The notes: generated by a model not told the origin, from the letters alone. A stretch of DNA of 63,842 nucleotides, filler included, from Craspedostauros australis (GCA_030167865.1; 10 parts of 10 records of this genome joined end to end with filler, not necessarily neighbours in it); one strand, 5' to 3'. Positions 1 through 11,329 are shown, numbered from the whole stretch's first letter. Translations and numbers: made by a program.

Positions 1-1
1 T

Positions 2-607
2 CCAGCTCTGAAGGGCCCATCCGCATCAGAGCTGCTGGAGCAGTTGGAAGCGCGCATCCAGGAGGCACCCAAGAATGGGATCGACACGCCCAAGGAGCTC
101 GAGGAGGACATCGTTGCTATCTGCGAGTCATTGGAGAAGCTGAATCCGACCAAGTCTCCCGTCCAGAAGACCGACATGATGAACGGATTCTGGAAGTTGC
201 GATGGACGAACCTGGCAAATTCGGGTCCCAGCAACGGCAAGCTCGGCCCCATCTTGGGTGACGTGTATCAGGATATTGACCTCACGAACGGCGCCGCGCA
301 GAACATCTTCCGATCTGAATTCCCACCCCTCGTCGGCGTGCTGAAGGGATCGTTGGCACCCGCCGACACCAACAGCGCCACGACGCTCGCCATCACCTTC
401 ATTTCTGTTGGCACGAAGCTTGCCAACTTCCTTCCACTGGGGCCACAACAGACGTTCGACACAGTGCAGATACGGAAATGGGAGCACGTGTACTTGGATG
501 ATGACTACCGCATCTTCTTTGCCAAGAATCCGGATACCACGGCGTCGCGGGGGTATGTTTACGTGACGAAACGAGCCGAGGAAGAACGATTTGATACCAA
601 CATCTAA
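2..607 (+). CDS. PAP/fibrillin-domain (plastid lipid-associated) protein, 5'-partial
   Basis: Frame is open from position 2 to TAA 605-607. Motifs LEKLNPTKSP, MNGFWKLRWT, VYQDID and VYLDDDYRIF match the PAP_fibrillin pattern. Confidence 0.85.
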   Translation, partial: PALKGPSASELLEQLEARIQEAPKNGIDTPKELEEDIVAICESLEKLNPTKSPVQKTDMMNGFWKLRWTNLANSGPSNGKLGPILGDVYQDIDLTNGAAQNIFRSEFPPLVGVLKGSLAPADTNSATTLAITFISVGTKLANFLPLGPQQTFDTVQIRKWEHVYLDDDYRIFFAKNPDTTASRGYVYVTKRAEEERFDTNI

Positions 608-1117
608 CTACTCGTGCGTACATTCGCGCGTCTGGATGGACGAGTAGTACTAACACGTACCGGCAGCATACCAATACTTGGTAGGGTGGAGCAAAGCAGA
701 GCATGGCGCGCTCTTCGGTACAAACACACTGGTGAAGCGCAGGGCCATACGTATAGGAGATGTGCACTCGAAATGTACCAGCGGAAAGCAAAAGAGAGAT
801 GGATTCATGCGAAATATGAAGTGGCTAATTCAAATGAGAATAGAGTACTGTATTGAAGCTCAGGTGCAGTTTGGATCGCTCGGAAGATTACATCGCGTCG
901 CAGTCACCATCATGCGTTTCCATTGGAATTACCAATGACACACACCATCACATTCGCTGCATCTTGAACAGCATGTGATGCACCGTACGGATGCCTGGCC
1001 AGTTGGATAACCATGTCGTGTTCTGCAGTGGCAGAGCAGATCTATCGACTCTGCCGCATGTCCATTCCCACTTCTTCGCGTCCTCAGTTCACCATCCTCA
1101 TCTTCGATGAAAGCGCG

Positions 1118-1480
1118 TCAACGTGATTTGGAAGAGGTAGTGGGTCCAGTCTTGGTCGTATGGTGAAAATGGTGGCGATGACTCATGTGATGTTGGGTGA
1201 AGATGTTGCTGTTCGAATCCGTGCTGGTGGAGGGATCACTTGGAGAGGGATCACTCGTGGTGTGGCCACTGGTGGTTGGGGTGCTGCTGAGATGACGTCG
1301 TGTGGATCCACGCACCCCTCCTTTCTTGACACGGTGAAGGATCGGCACAGCGTCGTCGACTTTGTCGATTGCCACGTGCGCTGCGGAAGCCTGAACTGGC
1401 GTCATTGCGCAAGCCAGTAACAGGACGACCGTCAAGGGCACCCACATGGACTTGACGGAAAAGTTGGAAGAAAGTTTCAT
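1118..1480 (-). CDS. Small secreted Ser/Thr/His-rich protein with signal peptide and RXL-like propeptide site
   Basis: ATG at 1480 follows a CA-rich leader. Hydrophobic VPLTVVLLLACAMTPVQA signal, then VRGSTRRHL, then S/T- and H-rich tracts. TGA at 1118-1120, but the frame stays open to 929. Confidence 0.6.
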   Translation of the reverse strand: MKLSSNFSVKSMWVPLTVVLLLACAMTPVQASAAHVAIDKVDDAVPILHRVKKGGVRGSTRRHLSSTPTTSGHTTSDPSPSDPSTSTDSNSNIFTQHHMSHRHHFHHTTKTGPTTSSKSR

Positions 1481-2889
1481 CGTTGGAGTGTTGCTTTGTT
1501 GAAGGTGATGTGTGTGGAGGATATCGTCGTGTAGTGGAATGCGAGGTAGCGTCGCACGGTATCGTTGAGTTGATTGTATTGTCGATCGACGAAATTTATG
1601 AGATGGTGATGGTAGTTGCATGAGAGTTTGATGAATTTAGCGATCTCCGGAGAAAACTTTGGAGTGCTCCCGGAGCTTCTCGCTGCACACCATGGATCGC
1701 AACAAACTATCAACGATCGGATGGATGAGTCATCAATAAAAGGGACCTTGTCTTCTTTCTATTTCGAAGCATGCCGCGACGACTCTCAGTATTGCTGCCC
1801 CTGCCCCCACCCTTGATCTTGGACGATGAGAGTTGGGGAACGACTTTGTTGTTCATCTGTGTGGCTACGAGTAGCGTGATGGTGTCTTTGAAGTCAATGT
1901 GCATTCGCACCCGCACACGTAGTCGTACGAACTTGAGGAAGGGAGTCGTTCGTAATCTGGATCGTCTTGACAGCCGAGACGTGCGGTATCTTCTTCCTCA
2001 CTCATCCGATTATGTGTACGCGTATGAATCGCTCTCCGAAGCAAGGAGAGGTGAGTTGCATCCCATGACCCTTGTCTCACTTCTGTCGATCGTGCCTTGT
2101 GTGTGTGCCTACCGTTCTCTTGCCCTTGCTCATTCTCTTCCTCTTTTGTGTTCACCTTCTCGGTGTCCCATTCCCTCGAGACATGAGTTGGAGACACCAA
2201 GCACCACCGAATGCGCCGCGCAGAAAGGATCACGCAAACGCGAGTGCGAGGTGGAGTTCATGTGATGGCGGTCATACGATGAAGAAGCTCTTCATGTCTA
2301 TTGCATTATACGAGCACTGCACGATTGCTCTGCTCTGATTGGCAGCATCCCCCTTGGATGTGAGAGAACTATTCTACGATGTTGTCTCTCAGTGGTAATA
2401 ATACGATTATGGCATGTCATCTTTCTCCTCGTCCTTGCGTGGAGTGGTGGGTCGCGATCGAAGAGAGACGCCCGTTTCCGCCGCGCGGAAAACCGTTGAT
2501 GCCAATTCCCAAGAGAGCTCAATTGAAACTGAATAAGTACGCTATTGTTGATGGGATTCGACACCGCAGCTTGACACGTTGTTTTTGTGCCTGTGAGTGG
2601 CGACAGCCCAAGAACAACCCAAACAAAGGACAACAGCAAAACAAAGATCGACCATGGCGCAGATCGATTCTGGCGCAACGGCACAAGGAGTGGTATTATC
2701 GTATTCTATAATACGTCTCCAGAGAGAGAAGTAGATAGACCAACGGAAGCGCATGGTATAGCATGATACGAGCTACATTTCCATCCACAGACAGATAGAT
2801 CCGAACCAATCACAGCAACCACCACAATCAACTCAATACAACCGACGGGAGCAACGGTGGCAACTGTGGCTGGAGCATCAGGCGCCCCG

Positions 2890-3402
2890 ATGTACGGTGG
2901 CTTGTTCGGCGATCTCCCCGCCACAAAGGGCGAGGATGATGCAGCTGGCGATGGCAGCAGCAGCAGGAATGAGGTGAAGGTGAAGAAGGAGAAGGAATTC
3001 GACAAAGGATCCAAATTCGAGGATGTGCCCGAGAGATCAGCTGACACAACAAAGCCCAGCACGCCGGTCTCCAGAACGATGTTCGCGCCAAAGTCGGTGT
3101 CGCGCAAAAAGACAGCTGCAAAGGCATCGGCGTCGGGCATCGCTGGTGGCATCGGAAAGGCCGGGACGTCGATGGCGTTCATCCCTGCTGCTGCTCGGAA
3201 GCGAAAAGCTGTGGCAACTTCGACAGCGCTTTCGACACCGAAGGCATCCGCATCGAAGCAACGGCCAAGATTGCATATTAGCGTCCACGCAGACGCTGGA
3301 TCTGCTGCTGCTGCGGTTGTCGAAGGAAGAACGAAGGTGAAGCAGGAACCACACGCAATCCCTCCGGAAACAACAGTAATCAGAGATCCCACTGCGTCAA
3401 CA
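2890..3402 (+). CDS. Probable splicing factor SPF45/DRT111-like protein, N-terminal part (cut by contig end)
   Basis: Begins MYGGLFGDLP, resembling the MLGGLYGDLP start of plant DRT111/SPF45, then low-complexity sequence. The diagnostic G-patch/RRM domains are not in the window. Confidence 0.5.
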
Positions 3403-3502
3403 NNNNNNNNNNNNNNNNNNNNNNNNNNNNNNNNNNNNNNNNNNNNTTAATTAATTAANNNNNNNNNNNNNNNNNNNNNNNNNNNNNNNNNNNNNNNNNN
3501 NN
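3403..3502. other. Artificial contig spacer (44 N + TTAATTAATTAA + 44 N); repeated at 22549-22648, 31038-31137, 34355-34454, 41641-41740, 48927-49026, 55778-55877, 58306-58405 and 62577-62676
   Basis: The same 100-nt structure occurs nine times, and the 12-mer puts stops in all six frames. Confidence 0.97.
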
Positions 3503-4678
3503 ATCACAGATCGAACACATTTATGCTGAAGACGGTTCACGCACTTCTGCTTCTCTTCGCGTATTTTAGCTCCGGCATCGACTTCTGTGAAGAGTTAAGC
3601 TCGCGCAAAGTCAAAGCTATCGCTTGGGTGATTGTTCAACGAGGGAGCCTCATTGTGATGACACTCGTTCTGTCTCACATTTCTCCGCAAGGTATCCACC
3701 ATCACGAACGCATTTGCAGTCGCTTCACGCTGTGGCATCATCTTATGGGTATTACATCATGAACGGTCATGATCATTCCTTTGTTCATGCTCCTTCAACA
3801 AAACAGCCCCCAACACGCCAACGATCACATGAAGCAACGCCTGAGGACCTGAGGGAACGACCATCCCACTTGCCGAGGTGGCCTGCGACGTGCTTCGGGA
3901 TGAATGAACGGGATGAATGAACGGGACGGCGATTCGGGGATGGACACGGTAGCCAAAGAGCTTGAGATTTATTGAACACTCGAACCGACAAGGGACATCC
4001 AAACATACAATTGCATACCAGTACGAATACGTTCACATTTTGATACTCTCTGGTCTCTGCTCTTCACAGATGTGTGTGTGGGTGTGGATGAGTGTAACAC
4101 GCATTGGAGGAAAGCTCCAAATTGATGCGAGCCACGAGTGGAGCACCCATCCATCAGGAAATCTCGAGAGTGGATGGCTGCACATGATGTCCACCTTCCG
4201 TCTTCTTGCGACTGCGAGTACTCCCCCGAACGCACAGAGCAATCGCCAACCAGAAGCGCGGATACCCAACCATCCGACTCTTCGTGTCAAGGCTTCCAAA
4301 AATGCAACAAGACAACAAGGCGACGAACAACATGTTACATTTAACACACATCTGCGTATGATGCAGTGCTTGAACGAGAATAAGACGGAGAGATGCGAAG
4401 TCGCGCTGCTATGTTTGCGAAAGTCGTCTGATCACGCACGCTGTGAACAGATTCCGCGCACCAGATGCTCTTGCATGCGTACTTCGTTCTTCATCCTGTC
4501 GCCGATGGTTTCCCATCACGTTCTTCCCTCCGTCTTGTCAATCCGCAGCTCACAATACCGCCACGAGCACAAACGCAACCGCACAAACCAAACATAAAAT
4601 CACAACAGCCCACAGCAAAAAGACAAACCACCAAGTTACAAAGCAACACAACAGCAACGTAAGCCACATCTCAACATC

Positions 4679-5932
4679 ATGAGCATCTCCACCTCCGAAT
4701 CCATTGCAGTCGCAGTCGCAGTCGCGCCATGCCATGAAGCATTTTTCATGGCCAGGCTCGCCATCCCATCCAGCGGAGCCAACCTCAGCAACATTTTGTC
4801 CGCTGACGTACTACTATCGGCGGTACCACCCGTTGGCAATGCCATCATCAACATCAATGCGACCAACAGCACGAGTACGAGTACGCGTACCCATGACGAC
4901 CAGGCTCCCATCTTCACCGAGACCATGTCATCGTCATACTGGATGGTCAGCACAATCTTCACCATCGCCATCTGCCTCCACGCCTACCGTCATTGGCACA
5001 TTCCCAAGATCACGTCAAGAACGCTGGCCATGATCAACCTCGCAATGTGCATGACAGCGATGATCCCTTTCCTCATCTACGTCGTCACGAAGAACTCGTG
5101 GAGTGGCGGCGACCTCCCCGAGCTGCAGCGGTACCTCATCGATCACCTCCACCTCATCCTCATGTCTCTTTGGGCTGTCGTATCCACCGCGCAGGTTCTC
5201 ACCGCCATCTTCAAGGCCTACAGACTGCATTCCATCTTGGGTTGGTTCGCTTTGGACGTGCTCCTCCCAGCCATCATCGTCGAACTCCACACGAACGCTT
5301 CCTGGGTCTTCGTGTCCACCAAATCGGCCGCATTGGCACAAGGACATCTGTTGGCGGACGCCGTCGACCCAACCATGTGGCAGACCGCCCTTTACTCCCT
5401 GCCATTCGCCGCAGCACTGCTCACGCCGACCATGATCGCCATGTTCTGGTGGTTGAGCCGCTCCAGCCTGCACGACACCAAGCGCATTCCCAGCCGCGCC
5501 GTGCGTTTCCGACTCCACATCACGTACATGACCTTGCTCATGACGACCATCTGCGGCACGGGATTCTCGCGATGGGGCTTTCGCATCGCGTTCCGTATGA
5601 CGGAGTGTCCTGCTCATCATCATGACATCATCAGCATCCGCATTCAGCACCTGGCGACCACTCACGGTGCCTGCATGCTGTTGATGGTCGCGACCCTCAT
5701 CTACATGACGATTCCAAAGAGCATGAGGCAGCACGGCGAGGCTGTTGCAACATCGGCATCCGAAATGTCCATCAGCACGAGGAACGCCAGCAAGGGGCTG
5801 CGACTTTCATTCTACGCGTTCCTGATGCACGGACTTTTGCAACTCATCGCAACGCAAGCGATGGACTTTCCATTCGCATTTAAGTGCGATATGCCAGCCA
5901 TCGACGCCTTCATCTCGCAACATGGGCTGTAG
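4679..5932 (+). CDS. Multi-pass membrane protein, possibly DUF2306-like
   Basis: 417-aa ORF with coding-like codon use and about 8 hydrophobic segments. His/Gln/Arg spacing (HLILM..TAQV, LHSILGW, LHITYM..FSR) recalls DUF2306. Confidence 0.65.
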   Translation: MSISTSESIAVAVAVAPCHEAFFMARLAIPSSGANLSNILSADVLLSAVPPVGNAIININATNSTSTSTRTHDDQAPIFTETMSSSYWMVSTIFTIAICLHAYRHWHIPKITSRTLAMINLAMCMTAMIPFLIYVVTKNSWSGGDLPELQRYLIDHLHLILMSLWAVVSTAQVLTAIFKAYRLHSILGWFALDVLLPAIIVELHTNASWVFVSTKSAALAQGHLLADAVDPTMWQTALYSLPFAAALLTPTMIAMFWWLSRSSLHDTKRIPSRAVRFRLHITYMTLLMTTICGTGFSRWGFRIAFRMTECPAHHHDIISIRIQHLATTHGACMLLMVATLIYMTIPKSMRQHGEAVATSASEMSISTRNASKGLRLSFYAFLMHGLLQLIATQAMDFPFAFKCDMPAIDAFISQHGL

Positions 5933-5963
5933 AGCCGATGAATGCAACGCAAGAGTGAGAGCT

Positions 5964-6014
5964 GCTCTGCTCTACTCGACTGTACTCTGCTCTACTCTAC
6001 TCTACTCTACTCTA
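5964..6014. repeat. (CTCTA/CTCTG)n pentanucleotide microsatellite
   Basis: ctctgctctactc...ctctgctctactctactctactctactcta visible directly. Confidence 0.85.
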
Positions 6015-6384
6015 TTTCAATCAACTGTAGAGTAGGACGCTGTAAATACAACGTATTCATAAACGTATTTTTGCACAACTGAACTCATGATTGTGGTATC
6101 TCGTGGGTTGCTCTGTGGAGAGAGAAAGAGAGAGAGAACATGTTGCATTGGTGATCCAACCTGCACACTTTGCTTCCTCCGCTCTGTTTTTTCCCTTTGT
6201 GTTTCGTCTCGTTCTTCTTGATTCGTTTTCGTGAGTATCAATACCTGTGGACTGATTCGACCAAACTCGATCTTCGTCCATGACGTCATGATCATGTCGA
6301 AACCAAACCCATCACTCTGCGCGGCGTCGTTGTTGATGTCGTCGCAAGAACTGATCACAACACACACACACATCAGATCACCAC

Positions 6385-6554
6385 TGACAATTCTCACTGA
6401 ATTCCTTACTTCTTACTCTTTTACTAATCGTACTAGTCAAATACTGGTCGGGGGTTGTCTTCGGACAACACTCACAAATAAACAACAAGAGCTCCGACCA
6501 GGGCACGCAACAACAGGCCAATACGTCTTTCGTAGTTACTTGTACTGTTTGACA
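6385..6554 (+). repeat. 5' LTR of the copia element
   Basis: TGACAA...TTTGACA; direct repeat of 20466-20635; contains AATAAA at 6477-6482. Confidence 0.97.
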
Positions 6555-6584
6555 GATTAAGAGTCGTGCTTACCAACACTGAGC
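6555..6584 (+). promoter_or_regulatory. Primer-binding site complementary to the anticodon arm and D arm (5' half) of a tRNA-Lys(CUU)
   Basis: GATTAAGAGTCG abuts the LTR. The reverse complement of 6555-6584 reads GCTCAGTGTTGGTAAGCACGACTCTTAATC, i.e. D arm plus a CTT anticodon loop. There is no TGG-starting canonical PBS. Confidence 0.75.
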
Positions 6585-6630
6585 AACACCCAACACCACA
6601 CCACCTTTTACCATCTTACGAGTTACCACC

Positions 6631-8100
6631 ATGGACCGCCCAACCAACATCAACACCTTCAACAAGATCATCCAAGAGCTGGTTCAGCTCGATGATGAAG
6701 AGATGGAGTTCCTTGGCGAGAAGCTCGGGAGACTCGATCGTGCGATCCGCAACTCGGACGCGACCATCGTGGCGGCATTGGCGCTCTCGCCAACGCTGTC
6801 AGCAATCAGCATCACCAACATCCTCCGCATCTTCGTGTACGCGAGAGCCAACACAATCACTGCGCGGACCGACTGGGCAGCCATCGACCTGTTCAACGAG
6901 GCGAACAACTACGTGCCACCAGAGGTCAGCACGCCAGTCGCGAACGCAGCCGCCCAAGTCCGGTCGGAAGTCGCAATCAGAGAGGCAGCCGCAGCCGCGG
7001 AAATGGCTGGCGCAACAAGTCGCGAAATCACAGTCAGCTCCCCGAGCCGCATGACGCGAACATCGCGATCACCACGGACTCCGCGAACTCCATCAGGATG
7101 GAAGTTCGACAAGGTCAGCATGCCGGAAGCACCCGAATTCACTGGAATGAACAGTGACTGGTATGACTGGAAGATCGCATTCAAGCGCCAACTGGTTACG
7201 TCTAGATACGCCGCATATCTCAGCACCAACAAGCCGTTGCACTTCAAGACGGAGATTGACACGCAGCTGTACACGGTACTGCACATGAAGACAGCGGAGG
7301 GATGTGCAGCATTCATCGTGGAGGCCCACGAGCCCAACGGACACGATGCATTCCAGGCGCTCGTACGAACGTACGAGTCGACCGATCACAAAGCTGAGGC
7401 CATCGCAGAAGAAGAACAGAAGATCACCGAACTCCGTTACGACGGGTCCGGACCATTCCCAGTATTCGTCAACGCTTTCTCCAAATGCATCCGTGTCATG
7501 GAGCAGAACGGAAAGCAGATGACCAACCAGCAGAAGATCGCGAAGTTCTTTTGCAACATCACGGACGATCGCTTCACGAGCGAGATGTCCAGGTTCCGCA
7601 ACACGGAACAATCCTTCAACGCAATCCGAGAGGCGTTCATGCAACATGACGCGCTCCTCACAAAGTCGGAAGGACACTACTCTCCCAAGCGCAATCGTCG
7701 CTACCAGCAGAAGGACAACAAGGACGACCGCAAGAGGCCACGCGAATCCTCCAAGTGGGATCGCAAGGGCGCCGCATCGTTTCGGTTGCCAGACTCCGTC
7801 TTCCGTCGCATGCCGGCGAGCACACAAGTGCTCCTCGTCGAAGCGTCCTGTCACTTCCGCACCACCGGGAAACCAATCGATGAGGATACCCTCAAGCGCA
7901 ACAAGCCGACAGAGTACGCGCGCAACCTCGAGTTGCCAATGACCCAGCGCGGCCTCGCACGGGCGACCACAAGACCGGACGACCCGGCACCCAAGGACCA
8001 TGGAACGCCGGTTCTTAACAATCAAAGACGGGCACAACTCGCCGTCAGTCGGAGATTGTCATCCACCTCAAACCCCGCGACTGTAGGGGAGCGAGCGTGA
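6631..8100 (+). CDS. gag: Copia gag polyprotein
   Basis: 489-aa ORF directly after the PBS. FTGMNSDWYDWKIAF, NGHDAFQALV and LRYDGSGPF are copia-gag-like blocks. Confidence 0.88.
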   Translation: MDRPTNINTFNKIIQELVQLDDEEMEFLGEKLGRLDRAIRNSDATIVAALALSPTLSAISITNILRIFVYARANTITARTDWAAIDLFNEANNYVPPEVSTPVANAAAQVRSEVAIREAAAAAEMAGATSREITVSSPSRMTRTSRSPRTPRTPSGWKFDKVSMPEAPEFTGMNSDWYDWKIAFKRQLVTSRYAAYLSTNKPLHFKTEIDTQLYTVLHMKTAEGCAAFIVEAHEPNGHDAFQALVRTYESTDHKAEAIAEEEQKITELRYDGSGPFPVFVNAFSKCIRVMEQNGKQMTNQQKIAKFFCNITDDRFTSEMSRFRNTEQSFNAIREAFMQHDALLTKSEGHYSPKRNRRYQQKDNKDDRKRPRESSKWDRKGAASFRLPDSVFRRMPASTQVLLVEASCHFRTTGKPIDEDTLKRNKPTEYARNLELPMTQRGLARATTRPDDPAPKDHGTPVLNNQRRAQLAVSRRLSSTSNPATVGERA

Positions 8101-11100
8101 CAACCGCAGCGGGAGTGCCCGGACGTGCACGTCCGGAGGTACCACAAGAGTCCTGTCCGTGCACAACCCACCCAACCGTGGAGCATTGCATCCGAAGGGC
8201 AAGAGTAATGAACAATAGCCAAGGCTTTATCATCCTAGACTCAGGGGCGGACGGAGACATCGTTCATGCGTCGGGCTGGGAGGTGACCCACACACACCAA
8301 CAAGAGTTTCGTGCCCGAGGGGCGACGATCAACTCACCAATCGAGACATTCCAGATGGTCGACGCGGTGGCAGCATACGAGCCCCCATCAGGCGGCGTGA
8401 TCCTCATCAAAGCAAACTACGTGGCTCTCGACAAGCATCCACAGCAGACGGAATCACTGTTTAACACACATCATATGCGCGCGTCCGGACTGAACGTCTA
8501 CGATCGCCTAATTGAGCATCAGGGACAGCAGCGGGTCTCATCGGGTGATATCAGCATCCCACTGGACAACCATGACGGCAACACGCTCAGAATTCCCATC
8601 AGAAAGCCAACAGCCCACGAGATGGCGACGGCAAAGCATATCATCATATGCGACAGACACCAGCGTCTACGACGCAGCACGGGTCGGATAGACTTCAAGC
8701 GAATATTCCGACACCTTCCACCACACGTGGTGGAGAAGACAATGGCGGCATCCACTCAGCTGGCGGATACTCCGATCGAGGCAGAGTCAAGGCTTATCCC
8801 ACGGCAGTATCGGACGCAGCGAGCAGGAGTGCTGCAACCCACAAGAGTCAATGGCAGAGTCGACACGGACACGTTCTTCTCTACGGTTCAATCCATCCGG
8901 CACTACAAGTGCTTTCAGCTCTTCTCATACAACCAGTCAAAATTCATCTGGGCGAAGCCACTGAGCCGCGAGGCCATGGTGCCAGGGGCGCTCACGGACT
9001 TCATCGTCCGCATCGGCGCTCCGGATCTACTCGTATCAGACAATTCGCAGGTGCAGTCGGGCAAGGCATGGAAGGCGGTGACATCCCGCTATCTGATCAA
9101 GCATCAGTTCACCGTGCCGATGAATCAGAACCAGAACCACGCAGAGCGGGCGATTGGCAATGTCAAGCGGCATGCATACCAGTTACTATGGGCGGCCTCG
9201 GTGCCACTCTCGTTCTGGTGCTATGCTGTGCAACATGCTATCGACGCTTGGAATTACACGGCGAAGGCGAGCCTCCAATGGCGTACTCCGATTGAGATTC
9301 TTCGCGGCAACACTCCCGACATCTCGATGTTTCGTTTCACGTTCTTCCAACCCATATGGTTCTTCGAACCCATGACCAAATTTCCAAACCATCCATTCAA
9401 GCCAGGGTACTTCCTTGGCATCGCATGGAACCACGGCGATCCGTTCACTTACAACATATGGTCACCACGGGGAGATGACGTCACGAAGGGCACTGCGCTT
9501 GTGCGAAACATCGTCAAGCCGCGTGTCGTCGAAGACGCCATTCCTCCACGCATCACCGACGCGGAGATCAACCGTATCGCTCAGCTCGATATCATACACA
9601 CCACTACTCGCGGAGAGTCCGGCGAACGCGCCAGAACCAAGACATTGCCGGCAGAGCTCGCTCGACAGGTCCGCGAGGCCATCGACGCGATTGCTGTGCA
9701 ATCAGGGGCGGCGGCGGGTCCACCGGAGCCGGCGACGCAGGAGGTCAGGGGCGTATCCGCTAATAACACGCCAGCAGGAACTGCTGACCATTGGTTTGGA
9801 CAACCCAACGTAATACCCAACGACGGCGACAAGCCGGAACATGATGCACACGGCGTCATCTCAGATGACGACAGCGACGCATCCACAGGTAACATCTCTG
9901 AGGAGACCGATGACTCCGACGTCACAGCGATGCCAGATCCTCCGGAGCACCGCTCTCAGGGGCGTGAGTCCTCTCTCATCGAGAGAGAGCATGACAAGCT
10001 GTTCCGAAACCAGGTCGAAAACGAGAAATCTGACGACTTGGCAATCAAATCAATCCTCAGCCACGCATTCAGAGACGGACATCTACACTTCAACGCGAAA
10101 TGGTCCAACACTGAAACGCAATGGTTCCGCTACGACGTGATCCGAGCTGACCATCCCGAAATGGTAGCACGGTACATCATCGACAACGAACCACGACGCA
10201 ACGATTGACACAATCGACAATCGCAAGTCCTACTCAAGTGGGCAAAACATGCACTGCGAGCCATCAGGCGCAGAATCCGAAGAATCGAACAAACTCGAGC
10301 CTTCACAATGGATGAGAATGACAACATCATCATCATCAGACGAATCCGTCCAGGCAAGAAGAAGCCGAAACGAGACTACTTCGCCACTGTATATCAATAC
10401 AGTGTCGAGGTCCCACGCAACATGAAACATGCATTGCAACTGGATGAGGCCAATGGGGATCACCAATGGAGAGACGCGGCGAAGAAAGAGATCGACGCAT
10501 TGATCGAACTCGACTGCTTCACATTCCACCCATCGACATACCAACCACCAGCAGACTACCAGAGCACGAAACTCTGACTCATATTCGCGGTCAAGCAAGA
10601 TCTGCGACGTAAGGGGCGCTTGGTAGCAGGCGGGCATCTCATCGAGCTGGCGGATAACATCCGAGTCTACTCATCAACCGTCAAGTCGACAAGCGTCCGC
10701 ATCCTCGATGCGATTGCAGATGCCAACAACCTGCAACAGCTATGCGGAGACGTCGGCAACGCATTCGTCAATGCATACACCAATGAGAAGATCTACGCGA
10801 CAGCAGGAAAGGCATTCGACGACAAAGAAGGACAAGTCATTGTGCTCAAGAAAGCACTGTACGGTCTTCGGTCAAGCGCACAACGATTCCATGCACACTT
10901 CGCTAACACTCTCTCATCAATGGGATTCACGCCATCTTGGCATGATCAAGATGTATGGATCCAGCGCAGAGATGACTCTGGCTACGATTACATCTGCACC
11001 CATGTGGACGACTTCAAGATAGTCGCCAAAGACCCAGATCAGTACATGAAAGCGATCCAACAAGTCTACACAGTCAAAGACATTGGACCACCGAAGTATT

Positions 11101-11329
11101 ATCTTGGCAACGATTATTCCAGGAACGCAAAAGGAAAATAGAGCGTCGGATGCGACAAATACATTTCCAATGCGCTGGACAAGATCGAACAGCTCCATGG
11201 GGAACTGCATGATCAACATGTACCCATGAAGAGCAAGGATCATCCGGAAACGGATGATACACCACTACTAACACCTGACGAGCAACAACAATTCCAGCAG
11301 CTCATTGGCATGCTGAACTGGGTTGTACA
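8097..11329 (+). pseudogene. pol: Copia pol, 5' part (protease, integrase, chromodomain-like region, RT) with in-frame stops
   Basis: ILDSGAD protease; DTDTFF/VSDNS/NHAER integrase DDE; RLVAGGH, CGDVGNAF, KALYGL and HVDD RT motifs, all in one frame. Stops at 10206, 10575 and 11139. Confidence 0.93.

Noticed and set aside
1620..2760. Several 60-160 aa ORFs in the first contig (and at 3503-4600)
   Set aside because: No motifs or consistent coding signal; treated as intergenic.
3447..3458. Recurrent palindrome TTAATTAATTAA as a biological site
   Set aside because: It is always centred in 44 N + 44 N, so it is an artificial six-frame-stop linker.
7093..8037. Long antisense ORFs opposite gag and the LINE ORFs (also 15071-16033, 50885-51838, 54919-55777)
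   Set aside because: Expected from sense-strand codon bias; no recognisable domains.
10206..11141. Stop-codon reassignment or readthrough in copia pol
   Set aside because: The stops replace both Trp and Arg and include TAG, and host genes use TGA as a normal stop, so decay explains them.
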